From Welwitschia mirabilis (lineage: Eukaryota): a stretch of 47,760 bases of DNA. Below the pieces are notes generated by a model. That model did no database searches and had not been told where the DNA came from. It saw nothing but the letters and a program-made list of their open reading frames with translations. The DNA lies in NCBI GenBank assembly GCA_051453625.1, contig JBOZIK010000001.1, forward strand, positions 36,539,350-36,587,109. Reading direction: 5' to 3'. The translations under genes and the position numbers were made by a program. Positions 1 through 12,688 of the stretch are shown piece by piece. Each line of letters begins with the position of its first letter. Position 1 is the first letter of the stretch.

Positions 1-2222
1 TGTTTCTGTGCTAAAATACATGATCACATGATGTCCTATCGCACCAAGGTAAAATTTCCCGAGAGGGACCTTTGGTAGTATTGGTAACTATGGGAACTCC
101 ACTGGGGGTCAATTGGCCATGCTTCGTAGGTCTCTACTTCTCAGACTATGGTTACATTCCCCTCATCATGGATTAAAATAAAATACTTCAAGGCTACAGA
201 ATCAATAAGAGGAATTGCTTGTTTCATAGACTTACTATGATTACCATATTTCTATATGGTTATTTCATTTGGGTGTGTTTTGGGGTGTTAGTAAGTGAGT
301 TCATTTCTGATAGCTTTTGATCTTATCATTCATTGTTTGAAAACATTAGTTATTTGGCATTACCATAATTGCTACCTATTCAAGTGGTACTTTATGGAGT
401 TTTTGCATTATGTCATGCATCATTAATTAGGTGATTTTATGTTTTCTTTCATGAGAGTTTGCTAGGTTTAAATTTAGGATAGATACACGATCTTCTTCAG
501 GTTCCTTTCTTGTTCATTTCCATTTTTGTTTTTCTTAGTTGTTTTCTTTGATATTTTAAAGTCATTTCCATATTTTCTAATCATGAATGCTTAGGACTTG
601 ATTATTTAGTAGTTTTCTTGTTGATTTTCATTTCCATTTGTGGTTTTGCTTTTTTAGAAGTTAATTTTATTTTTGCAAATAAATTTCCTTAACTTATGAT
701 GCTAGTTTATCCCATCTATTCTTTTGAATCTTTTCAAGTTTAGGTTTTTTTTTTTTTTAATTTTCCTTTTAAGTTTTAATGCATTCAGTACTGTTTTTCA
801 ATAATTGTGAGTTCATGACACATTTTTCTTCCTTAGCTAAATGCATTCATTTCTTATATCATGCCTTCATTCATCATGATTCTTAGCCATTTTCCATCTC
901 TCAAAATTTCTAATACTTTTCTTAAACTTCTATGATATTATCTAAGCTTAACTTATTCTGTTGACAATTTAATTTTTTTTAATCTTTTGAAAACCCTTGT
1001 CATCCTTCTTGTCATCTAGACAACTAGGCGGACAACACACAAGTATTTTTTGAATAATCATCATTTTCATGTTTCATATTTTTCAGACTAAATCTAACAT
1101 TTCTTTTCATGCACAAAATATTATTCCAAGCCTACCTATATTACTCACTTGTATTGAAACTTGCATATTGATCTTTTTAATCTTATCTTAATGCAATATG
1201 AGATGTATGATTCACTTGTGAAGGGGGAAGGAAATATATTTCAGATATTTTCAGCAAATTTTAAATTTTTAAGGGTCATTTTTACATTTTCATGAGACAT
1301 ATCTGTAGTGTACTAATCTAATTTTGAATGCCTATTATTTGAGTGATATACATTATGAATATTGNNNNNNNNNNNNNNNNNNNNNNNNNNNNNNNNNNNN
1401 NNNNNNNNNNNNNNNNNNNNNNNNNNNNNNNNNNNNNNNNNNNNNNNNNNNNNNNNNNNNNNNNATATTTTTAGCAAATTTTAAATTTTTAAGGGTCATT
1501 TTTACATTTTCATGAGACATATCTGTAGTGTACTAATCCAATTTTGAATGCCTATTATTTGAGTGATATACATTATGAATATTGTTTACTAAATCAGGTA
1601 CTTAATAGTAGAATACTTGTAGTTTGTTTTCCTTGCAAGAATAATATAAACAATTCATGAGACTATGGATGAAGTGAATAATGTTATGATTAATTATTTT
1701 TGATATATTTCCCTTGTATATTATACTTAAAAACTTAATGTTGATCTATGAATATCATTTTCGAGTTATAACTTTTTCTGATGATACATGCATATTACTT
1801 ATCTAAACTACTATGGTTATACTTATCTAAACTACTATGGTTATATGTTATGATGATTTTTTTGTTTTAATATTTATTTTTTCAATGTGCTAAATGTTTT
1901 AAGTGAATGGCTAATGCATAGGTAAGTGTTTTAAACTTATTTTTTGACAATCATGATTATAGGAAACTAATTTTATAGATTGACTTTTAAGAGCCTGTCA
2001 TCCCCATAATCATTTGGAAAACAGTTTAGATGACACCCTGGTCACTTCATCTACTAAGATAAAACATTCCATTTATTTGATTTTGAGATTTACTCATGCA
2101 TATTGAGATTTTTGAACTTAAATTACATATCCATAGTTAATGTTTTATCTTAGTCAATTTGGCTCACAATTATAATTGTTTACCAATTTTGTAAGGGACT
2201 AATAAGGCTAAGTGGGGGGCTA
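1..2222 (+). mobile_element. Degenerate 3' internal region of an Athila-like Ty3/gypsy element
   Basis: Decayed integrase-tail motifs at ~15-210 (KIHDHM, SREGPLVVL, YFKAT; compare K.WHD..I, RWxGPF, FKVNGQ). A long T-rich non-coding spacer follows, ending in gggactaataaggctaagtgggggg (2195-2219), an Athila-type PPT context just before TG at 2223. Confidence 0.5.
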
Positions 2223-3448
2223 TGTTGTGAAGCCAAATTGTATGTTTTTACTAGGGTATTTTAAGTATTTTCATAGGACATTTAGATAGGTTTAAGCATA
2301 AAATGATAATTATTAAGAGTCAAGGAGAAAATCACAAGAATGCGCAAATACCAATAAATTTGAAGGTATTTTGGACTAATTTTGATACTTCACATTTTGA
2401 GGAGGAAGCAATGAGCTTCAAGGCCAATCTAACTTGATTAAGAGCTTTAAGAATGTTGTCGTCTACTCCATCATCCAAACAACAGATCAGGACAAAACCA
2501 CTTGTATGCTGACTGGATTGATATGAAGGCTAAATATAGAATTTTCTTGACATGGCAACATCCTCACCATCATCGAAATGATAATCAGGACAATAATCTA
2601 ATTTCAGTCAATGTACCAAACTTTACCAAACTTGTGCAATGTATCATGCAGTTTCTGCGTGCCATTAAGGTTTCTTATGCATCTATTAGATTTGTTGTTG
2701 TTGGAGTTTGTTATTGTCAATAAATACCACCTTCGCCCTTGACTCTGATCATCTTCTTTGACATTGGAAATGCTTGTGACAAGAGATCAAAGGGCAAGAT
2801 ACCCATTCATTAATTACAAAGAGACGTCTTCCTTAGTGTTGAGGTGTGTATCCTTCATTGAGGTATTGCTGCTTTGTAACATAGATGTTGGTTCAAATAG
2901 AAATCAAAACTCTGTTTTTCTTTTCATATATTTTGTTATTTGCATCTCCCTTATGGCTTATGTTTCTTATGATTCCGTGACAGCTTCATTTGTGATATAG
3001 ATTATGAGGGAAACCTTTGTTAAAGTTCATACTGGTAGTTTGGGTGCATTGCCTTTCATTTCCTACATTAGCTTTGCATTGTTTTTCATATTCTGTTTGA
3101 TGCACCTGCTAGCTTAGGTTGGTCTTGGTCTGATAATGGCTTTCCTTGATTGATCTAGGTTATAAAGGATAATTTCCATAACAAGTTGATTTGGTAATCG
3201 AATAGATGTTACATTGAGATTAGTTTTACATCTCATTTGCTTAACTGTGTTGCTTTTGCATTGTTTGCTTTGCATTACTATTTTGTTCTACTTAGGAGGT
3301 ACATTACTATTTTATTTAAAATCAATTGTCTTTCTTCTCGCTTGTGCCTTCAACAGAATTACGACATTCAGATTCACTCCCATCTATATTAATTTATTAT
3401 GTTTGTGCATATATTTGTCATTAATAGGATTTGATTAAGAACGTAACA
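2223..3448 (+). mobile_element. Putative 3' LTR of the Athila-like element
   Basis: Begins TGTTG directly after the PPT. A ...taaca end at 3448 abuts the start of homology to the Tekay-like LTR; the right boundary is approximate. Confidence 0.4.
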
Positions 3449-3469
3449 TTGCATAAATACGTATCGCAA

Positions 3470-3760
3470 TAATCGCTAAATGAGACAGTGGATAGAAAAC
3501 CATAGATCGCAAAATGAGGCAATGGAATTGATAATCTATAGATCTCCAAATGAGGAAGTGGAAAGTTAAAACCACAGATCAATGAATGAGGTGGTGGGAA
3601 TGATAATCCACATATCATCGAAAGAGGTAGTGAAAAAATAAAAATAAAAGTACAAATCACCAAATGAGCCAGTGATAATGATAAGTCATAGATCGTTGAA
3701 TGAGGTAGTGGATAAATAAAAATCACCTATAGCCAAATGAGGCATTGTAAATTATATGAT
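3470..3760 (+). repeat. ~36 bp degenerate minisatellite (about 8 units) within the LTR
   Basis: Units of the type gatcaccaaatgaggcagtggrawtgataatccaya, arranged head to tail. Confidence 0.85.
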
Positions 3761-4419
3761 AAAACCAGTTAATCTCATTTCCATTCCTATGAAAATCTAA
3801 TGCTTGATTATTTGGAGTCTTTCTTATTGTCTTATCTTAATCTATTTGGTATCTTGAAATTCTTCTTACCTTTATCTTTGCCTTGTTTAGGCCATACTGA
3901 GGACTCTGATGATTCATGGTTCTTACTCCATACTATTTTGTGTTAAACAGGTGATAAATTGGAGCATAGTAAACGCTGATTTATCATGCCAAGGAGGGCA
4001 TTGGGATAAATGAAATATTTATTATCTAGCTTATGCTTCAAAAACATTAAGTGGAGTAATTTGTTCCCTATTATAACTTGTGATCTTGTTATGTTATTTC
4101 CAAAATTTACAATCATTTATGAGTAAAAAACTTGTAAACATTATATCTTTAAGATATCAAACTAATCTATTTCTTAAACTTGCAGCTTTGGGTTTTATTT
4201 AAAAAGGCTCATACTTATAGCTTTACTTGAAGCTTTAGTGGAACAAGTTTTAGCTAGCATGTATTTCTTTCTCTATTGTAAATATACCTTTCTTATAGAA
4301 CTTGACCTTTAGATGTTTATCAGAGTAATATTTGAAGTTTTAGCTGAAAAAGGTAGACTTTACAGTTTGGTATTAGAGCAACAATTGAAGTTTTAGGTTG
4401 TACAAATGTGAACTTCACA
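3470..4419 (+). mobile_element. 5' LTR (3' part only) of a Tekay/Del-like gypsy element
   Basis: Colinear by eye with 10865-11801 (shared blocks such as ctaatgcttgattatttggagt and atcaaactaatctatttcttaaacttgca). Ends cttcaCA and is followed by the PBS. Confidence 0.75.
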
Positions 4420-4422
4420 TTT

Positions 4423-4434
4423 TGGTATCAGAGC
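4423..4434 (+). promoter_or_regulatory. Primer-binding site (tRNAi-Met)
   Basis: TGGTATCAGAGC 3 nt after the LTR-terminal CA. Confidence 0.85.
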
Positions 4435-5295
4435 CTAGATTGTGATGTTGCTTGGTATAATTATTGTTAAGTTAATTATGTTAAATGTCACATAGTAAAA
4501 CCTCTTGCAAATACTATACTAAACACAAGACCGTTTGGGGTAATTCATAAAACTTAATGGTTCAAAGTCTTAAAGAACTCTTAAGCTTAGTGAAATCCTC
4601 TTAACCCACTCTTGAAATTTTGGGATTGCTTAACAACACATCTTCCATAGTTACTCTAAATATATTTCCTATGTAATCCACATTTTGAAATTGTCCTACA
4701 TCTTATATATTAATTCTTAATAATATAACCACAGCTATAAAACTACCCTTGGATTTTACAAATGAGTAGCCCATCTTCATTCACAACTACTATGATTGAC
4801 ATTTCAACAATTCAACCATAAGAAAAAATTATCTATGATTTTTACCATATTTTATGTTTTCTTTGTTCATATAATATTAGCTTACTTTGCTTTTCACTTG
4901 CTTTCCATGAAATAATTTAGATGCTAAAAGAGGGTTGTCTAACACAAGTAAGATGTGCATTTTTATAATTCCTTAAATTATTTTCCATTTTGATATTTGC
5001 TTCATACATTTCATGGAAACTATATTCCACGAAATAGGTGATGCCCCATTGCAAAAGACCCCAACTCAAAATCCCGGTTAAAGAAATTTCATTTCATCAT
5101 GTGAGGCGGTTTTCTTTTTAAGTCAACTGAAGTGATTCCTCGGAATTCAAATTAGCATTGTGGAGTTGTTAACGTTCCACTAGGGTTAGGGTCAGGACTT
5201 TGAATGTCTGCTAAAAGTTTACACAGAAAATACAAGTCTATGTCTATTGTTAGCATGTTAGCATTAGGGTTTTCATTCGTATCTTTACTCTGTAG

Positions 5296-6720
5296 GTTCA
5301 CAGAGAAAAGTTGAGTGGGGGAAAGAAGCGTGTGAGTGCCAATGATAGGGCCCCAAACTCAATGAGCTTTTTTATGGATACATCTTAAAGGAATGGTGGA
5401 ATAACGCTGTGCATGCACAGAGCAGAAGGCGGAAGAATCAGAGGGCTAAAGCACCACTCCAAAAATTAAATGCTATCTCATAAATTCTGTGACAAAGGTG
5501 CAACTCCATAACTATGACAATGATGATTAAGATGTCTACCTTATTTTGCCTGGCGTTTGATATTCCTTTCCCTGTTTCTTCTCCTTTCTATTTGTTGACT
5601 TGTCGTGGTCTGCGTCTGTGATGATTGCTTTCTCCGTTTTAGTTTCTTATGAAATTATTAATCGAAGACCACTCTCGAATGGATTTGCATTACTTTTTAA
5701 TTCCATTGATCTGCTGAGTACTGCCTGTTGCAGCTACTGCATGTGTTGGGAAAATGGCACGTTACTATATCATACCTTACCCCTCGAATAGAAAACATGT
5801 AGGGGGTAATCTTAGGGTCAGAAAATTTGCGAAAAATAGAATCCCAAACTAGATTATAGCTGGAGTAGGATAAGGCCAGCCGGATAGAGAAAACAGAGAA
5901 GAAAGGGAGGGAAAGTAGGGTTGTATGTGAGTTGATATAAGGGGAAAAGACGTACAAGAAAAAGTAGTACTGGTCTGGTTAGTGATAGTCCATACGGTGT
6001 GAGCAACCCTTCCTCCATAGCATTCTCAGAGGTTGAATAGTTATTCTTGTATTGAGATGATATTGAAGCATCCAGAAGAAGAATACAGAGCTTTGGATAT
6101 TGGAGTCTGGTCTAGAAAGGTTAAGAATATAGCATACCTTGCGGATCCACAATCCTAAACATTCCCTACATCTTTTTCTTTCACATTCCCTCCTATCTAT
6201 CCATTAGAGAAATTTTATTCTGAGGCCAACTGCCCATTAGAGGCTATGAAGGCATGAATAGCGATTGTGCTAGGACTGTCTGATAAGCAAGTTCAAGTTC
6301 AAGGATGGTTTTGTCATAGGCGATTGAAAGATACGAAATTGAAGGAAGTAGCTTTAAACAACTCTAAACATCCTCTAGGAAGTCATTCTTGTGGGTCATT
6401 AGCTAGGATCTAGCAAAGGTCGATTCATCACTGCTACCAGTAGATTTCATCAAAGAAATGAAAGACAAAGCATGTTTTCTAAGAGAGATGCTGCAATGGA
6501 AGGCTCCAGTCAGGCGTTAGGAGGATTTCTTATGCACCGTGGAGGGAATTCGATGTTATATGAGGGATGCTAGCTGAATGATCAAGCAACAGACATGGGC
6601 GTCCATGAGAGAGGTCTATTCCATTGAGAAAGTGATCATCTAAATGTGGATAGTCCAGAACATGATGGCGGTAGTCCAAAACTTGAAAATGATCATCTTT
6701 CCACGTTAAAGATGGGGACT
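5296..6720 (+). pseudogene. Homeobox pseudogene of the plant WFCHRRLKD class (RINGLET/homeobox-DDT-related homeodomain)
   Basis: 6204-6410 reads LEKFYSEANCPLEAMKA*IAIVLGLSDKQVQVQGWFCHRRLKDTKLKE...HSCGS, with an in-frame TGA at 6255 and a 6 bp gttcaa duplication. The N-terminal arm RRRKNQRAKAPLQ at 5424-5462 is separated from it by ~740 bp. Acceptor-like ctgtag ends at 5295. Outer limits are approximate. Confidence 0.75.
5798..6170. mobile_element. Solo-LTR-like insert (373 bp) inside the homeobox
   Basis: Inverted termini TGTAGGG...CCCTACA and an internal TATA-like gatataagggg. No target-site duplication (TSD) seen. Confidence 0.5.
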
Positions 6721-8882
6721 TCGATTCTTTACTATTGGATGATATAGTGTGTACCCGTGAAAGGATGTGGGCTTTGCAATATCTAGAAATGGTTCTGATT
6801 GCATCAAAATTCTCTAGTGTTCTGTTCTGTGCTTCTTGACATTCACCATATAGCGATTAGATGCTTCATTATGTGGTAACATGGAAGCTCTTTTGGACAT
6901 TGATGGAAATCATGTAGACACATACCACACTAAATGGAACCATGTTCTTATGTTTGTTTTCATAGATGAGGTCCTGTTTGAGATAGTATCCCCTTTTCTC
7001 AATCACCTGGGCTAAAGAAAAGATTATAAAGAATAGGTGCATCCCTATTAGTAAGTAACTCTTGAAGGATATACTTCGTTAGAAAAAAGAACATCAAGAA
7101 AAGGAGAGTTTTATTTGAAAAAAAAAATCTCTGCAAACTGAAAGTATCAATTTCTTGCTTATATGCCTTGTGAAACGGTTGATGCAAAGAGTCTTGATAG
7201 AATCTGAAGTATAGTGTGGCATCTGATTCGTAGTAGCAAGAGTAGTTCCAAGATTCAAAATAGCAAGCTTTCTAGCTTAAATAGATAATCGGTGAGTATA
7301 GGAAGTTGCATATTTGGTAGATGTTGGCTTATCTCAAATCAAAGTGATGTATGATGGTGATTGACTCTTATAGATCATATTTGGCTCTAAGAACAGCAAA
7401 GTTGATGCCATTAACCAATTAGAAATGGTGTTAAACCATTGTAGATTATTGTTGAGTTTTAGGTCTTTGCAATGAAATAGATGGTTTGCATGATAACTTT
7501 GTAAACAAAGGAGTTGATTAAAATAGATGGACGAGATGCTTATCAGTGAAGCAATTTTATTCACTATCTCTTTGAAGTCATCTTTTGAATAGCATTGTCA
7601 ATTGTATTACACACATATTATGATAGAAAAGCATAGCATGACAACATAATCCTTCTGGCCTTGACTTTCTTTTGTTTTCTAGCATCTTCTCAGTATATTT
7701 TCTAATGCCCTTTCAAATGAAAATGGATGCATCAATGCGATGAAAGGTAGAAAGTGGAGAAACTAAAATGGATCTAAGTTTGCAATGGAAGAGTAGGATA
7801 GACATCTATGTAATTAGAAATGGTCACTCCAAGAAACATATGATGAGGCCTAGATTTCTTTGATTCTTCTCTTTCCATGTTATCATTTTCTTCTATGTGA
7901 AGATTTTATTTCTTTTCCCATACCATTTATGGAATTTGTATTATCTAACTTTAGTAGGAACTGGAATAAATTGCTTTCTCCACTAACCCCATTGACGTGG
8001 TACCTATAGTTATTCTAGGGTACTGATGCATGGTGTTTATACCAGTTATTCTCAACTACCAACCTTGTAGCTTCATTTTTCCAATCTTAAATATGATGTA
8101 TTTCTAGTTAATGAGAAGGCAGAACTGTGTTTTTTTTGTATGAGAGGAATTCTGTAAATCTTAGTATTTGAAAGTAAGTTTTTATTTTTACAGAAGAGCA
8201 AAAAGAAGGAGCACAACTCACTNNNNNNNNNNAGATATGATAAAGACTAAGCATTATGGAGAGATGAATCCTTACATTATCTATGCTTTATATTTAAAAA
8301 GGCTTCCCAATGATTTTGTCTAGTCAACCTATTTCCAAATGGCCGCTACATATACAACCATCACATAGTTCTTCTAACATGTGTCTATAGTCTCCTTTTA
8401 GCTTGTTTTCTTTAGAGTTAGTTTGTGTATTCATTTATTTATTTATTTATTTTTAATTATTAAAGCTATGATTATCTCATTGATTCTTCTTTATGTCCTA
8501 TGAAGCTTAGCCAAGGAAGAACCAACCTTGGTATAATTGACGGTACCTTAATCTAGTAACACATTATGTCCTTAAGAAATGGAAAGGTTTAAAAGTCATG
8601 TGTAATAAAAGAGTTTTTATGAATGTTTGAGTTTCAGATACATTTATTTTACAACTTTTAGAACATATTCCATAAAGTCAACGTGAAGGGTAGAGGAAGT
8701 TGAAATCAAGAAACAAAAGCCACGTTCATGGAATTTACTATAGTTATAGAGGTCCTCCCCCCACTTTTATTTTTTTTTCCTTTTGTTGATATCTGATGCT
8801 GGTCAATGAGTTGGTTTGATATCCAAAGCAAGGAAGCTCCTACTAATAAGATTCTCATTTTATTCAATTATTCTTTACTTGG

Positions 8883-9130
8883 TGGCTTATGAATTACCTT
8901 TTCATATGTATTTCATGTTTCACTATTGAGGAAATGTATGTCTAAACATAACAAAGATCATTCTAAAATTCTAGAATTGGACAATCAACTAGATTATACA
9001 CTTGACGTTTGACCAAATTAAAATTTTGGATTAAAACAAACTTGTATTCAAAGGAAGAGAAATTCAACTTTATAAAGTGCAACGATTAGGAGAGACAAAA
9101 GCAAAAGCTATTTGGGAATATGAAATAGAA
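8883..9130 (+). pseudogene. Gypsy integrase C-terminus and chromodomain remnant (Tekay/Del chromovirus type)
   Basis: Frameshifted AYELP..VFHVSLLRKCM, IKILD and KGREIQLYKVQRLGETKAKAIWEYE, matching the HxVFHVSxLRK and VKVQW...ATWE motifs. Confidence 0.75.
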
Positions 9131-9200
9131 ATTTTATAGTGGAAACAAAGTCTTTTTTTTTTTTTTTTTTGAAATGCAAGTTTTGAGGATGAAACTTTTT

Positions 9201-9214
9201 AAGGGAGAGAGAAA
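9201..9214 (+). promoter_or_regulatory. Polypurine tract
   Basis: ttttgaggatgaaactttttAAGGGAGAGAGAAA immediately before TGTCAC, a typical Tekay 3' junction. Confidence 0.75.
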
Positions 9215-11801
9215 TGTCACGTCCGGATTTTCTAAGGTCAAAAGATTTAGTCCAAATAGTTCAATGAAAACTAGATAAAAATACTTTTTTATCTTATGGG
9301 CATGAATAAGTTGATTTAATTGCTAGATCTTTATTTATTCTTTATTTATTAGCATATTATTATTATTTGATACGTACTTCTTTATTTTATTAGTTGAAAC
9401 TTATTGTGTTGTAATTATTATTTTAAATGCTTTCTTTTCTTGTAACCACTATAATTAATAATATTATTTTTGTAGTCTTTTCTTCTTTATTTAATGATAT
9501 ACCTTTAACAGCTAAATTAGTGGTTATACAAATATTATTTTTGTGACTATTGCATTTAATCGACCATGATTACTATATTCCCTTATTTTCTTATTTTCTA
9601 ATTTTAGTGTATACAAAAGAATCCTATAACAGCTATAATCATTAAGATGTATTATGTTAGCTTATTTTAATATTTTATTCTAGTAGTGCATGCTAAAGTA
9701 ACATCATAATTATGACATTGCATTTTCTTTTATTAGTGGTTAATATGTTCCCATTATGGAAAAATATTTATACATGGCAAAATCTTATCTTAATGTTCCG
9801 TTGAAATCACTTGCTAAATTCTCATCTTGATTCTCTGTTCTTAATAATTGCAAGTAGTAGTATGTTTTCAGAATTTTGGCATTTTCCTTTGAATGACTTA
9901 TTTGAGTAAAAGCTAATGATTCTTTATCTTCTCTAAAATTGTAAGATGTCATCTAAATGAGCTTTATTTTCTTTATATTGATTTTGGAAAATGTCAAGAA
10001 TTTGTTGGATTATGTAACTTATATATTGACGATGGAGGCCTTTTTTTCATAGCTATTGGTAAAATATTTTTGACAAGTTAAGCATTTACTATTATTATAA
10101 TGAAATATTAAATGTACCTAGTGGTCACATAAAGTAATGATTAGGGTTAGGGAATTATAATCATTTTCCAAGAATAGTAGGGGATTTTATGCATCCATTA
10201 AAATTCTTAATATCTTTTAAATTCCTTCTTCTATTTATAAATAGGACTTCCTTTCCTTTAGTCTTGTTATGTGGAATATCTTTATAGACTTGGATTTTGG
10301 TGCCCTTGGAGTTTTGAAAACTTAAGTATTTAGAAGCTTGAAGTCTTTGGAGCTTGGGCATAGCAATCTTGAAGAACTTCACATCAAATCATGGGTGTGG
10401 TCCTAGGATATCCTCTTTATTTCTTGTATGGTCCTACATATTTCTTGAGTTTTATATGATCTAGATTTTTTTCCTTGTGTATCTTATATAATTCTTATGG
10501 ATTTCTTATATCTTTATATGGTTTTACTATTACTTTCATTTCAAGTATGATTCCATCGTATTCTTGCATTTTTTATATGGTCCTAAGTTCTTGCATCCCT
10601 TTGCGATAGAAAGGAATTCTTGTCTTCTTACGAAATCATATATTTTCTTTGAATTCTTGTAAATTTCTAAAATTTCTTACTTACCTCTATTGATTTCAAA
10701 TGTTTCAATGAGTGTTTATTGTATGATTTAAAGATTATTCTTGTATGAATCTTGTTTCTTATGAAAATTCTTGATGCTTGAAAAGTAAACACGTGAAAGT
10801 AATTCTTGTCCTTTCTTGAGATATCTTTAAAATTGCAACCCTTGTTATGGAAATGAGAGTTTCACAAATCACTGAATGAGGTAGTGCAATACGAAAACCC
10901 ATAGGTTGCCAAAGGAGGCAATGGGATTGATAATTCACAAATCATCAAATGAGGCAATGGGATTGATAATTCACAAATCATCGAATGAGGCAATGGAAAG
11001 ATAAAGCCACAGATCGTCAAATAAGGAATTGGGAATGATAATCCATAGATCACTGAAAGAGGTAGTAGAAGAACTTTAAAAAAAAAAAAAAGAAAAAAAA
11101 ATCATAGATCACTGAATGAGATAGTGGTAAATTATATGATAAAACTAGTTGATCTCATTTTCATTCCCATGAAAATCTAATGCTTGATTATTTGGAGTAT
11201 TTCTTCTTATCTTATCTTAATCTATCTCGTATTTTGAGATTTTTCTTACTTTTATCTTTTCCTTACTTGAACCACACTTGGGATTATGATGATTTATGCC
11301 TCTCACTCCATACTATTTTGTGTTAAATGGGTGATAAACTTGAGCACAATGAAAGCTGATTTATCATGCTAAAGATAGCATAGGGATAAATGAAATATTT
11401 ATTGTCTACCTTATGCTTAAAAAAAATATTAAGTGGAGTGATTTTTTTCCTATTGTAACTTGTGATCTTATTATATTATTTTCAAAAATTTGCAGTCATT
11501 AATGTATAATAGACTTGTAAACATCATATCTTTAAAATATCAAACTAATCTATTTCTTAAACTTGCAATGTTGATTTTTATTTAAAAAGGCTCATTGTTC
11601 TAGCTTTACTTGAAGCTTTAGTGGAATAAGTTTTAGTTATCACGTATTTTTGTTTCCTATTATAAATATACCTTTCTGATAAAACTTAACCTTTAAATGT
11701 TTATCAAATTAATATTTGAAATTTTATCTGAAAAAGATGGACTCTACATTTTGGTATCAGAGCAACACTGGAAGTTTTAAGTTGTAAAAAGGTGGACTTA
11801 C
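9215..11801 (+). mobile_element. 3' LTR (~2.6 kb) of the Tekay/Del-like element
   Basis: Starts TGTCAC after the PPT. TATA-like ctatttataaataggac at ~10231. Its 3' ~940 bp matches 3470-4419, and homology stops at ~11801 with no PBS following. Confidence 0.75.
10866..11135 (+). repeat. ~36 bp minisatellite (about 7 units) within the 3' LTR
   Basis: Same unit as 3470-3760, e.g. aaatcatcaaatgaggcaatgggattgataattcac. Confidence 0.85.
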
Positions 11802-12284
11802 GTATTTACTAGTATATTATTATCAATAACAATTATTTGTTTCCTAACCAAAATTCCAAATTTTTAAAATCAGAAAATTCATCCAAGTGTACCTTAACAT
11901 AGTTTGTATACTTTTAATAAGTAATCTTGTTTCAATATGTCATATTGTTTTAAAAGGAGAAATAGGATAAAAATCTTGTTACTTGGTAGTAATCCAAGAA
12001 AGAAGAATCACGACATCCAAGCACTAGAAAAAGGACTAAGGGTAAGAAAATTTTAAAAGGTTCAAAATCATAAAATAATTAACAAAGAAATACACAATAA
12101 AACTTCTATAATAAGTCACTTACAGTTGTAAAAAATAAGGTTATAGGAGTGTTAGAAATGAATAGGATAGTTACATAAAACTAAAATATCAATATAAAAG
12201 GATACCTTCTAATAACTTTTGGTTACAAAACGTTTTTAAAGAGAATTAAAGATAAAGAAAGACTTGTAAGCTATACTACCAATT

Positions 12285-12688
12285 TGTTATAAAAATACAC
12301 TGCGATTTATATGAAAAACCCTAATGACTAGATAAACCACGGGAAAGCAATGCAGAGCTCTATTATCAATCTCAGAAATTATAAGCCAAGAATAGACTTC
12401 AAGCTAACAATAGGCTTTAGGCAAGGGTGCCTCATAGAACTTTATGAAGGCTATGAATCAAACAACCCTTACACCACCATTAAATAGGCCAAGGCCTATA
12501 GCCAATTAGAAATATAGGTTAAAACCCTAAAGAAGGTATCATTTCTCTTTTGACACATGTCCCTTATCTAACACCCCCAAAGATGGTTTTAAAATAGAAA
12601 CCTCTTTTCACAATATTAAAGTGACGCCAACGTAAAAGCATAACATTAGAAACACTACAAAGAATAAAGTTGGCCTTACATATCAACA
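12285..12688 (-). mobile_element. 3' LTR of a Tork/Tnt1-like copia element
   Basis: TGTT...AACA termini, with the PPT complement ttctcccacttg at 12689-12700. Confidence 0.75.

Noticed and set aside
1245..1584. ~120 bp direct repeat on both sides of a 100-N gap
   Set aside because: Near-identical contig-end overlap; most likely an assembly artefact.
3470..3760. 36 bp repeats resembling a CRISPR array
   Set aside because: Head-to-tail degenerate units without unique spacers, inside a plant LTR, and no cas genes.
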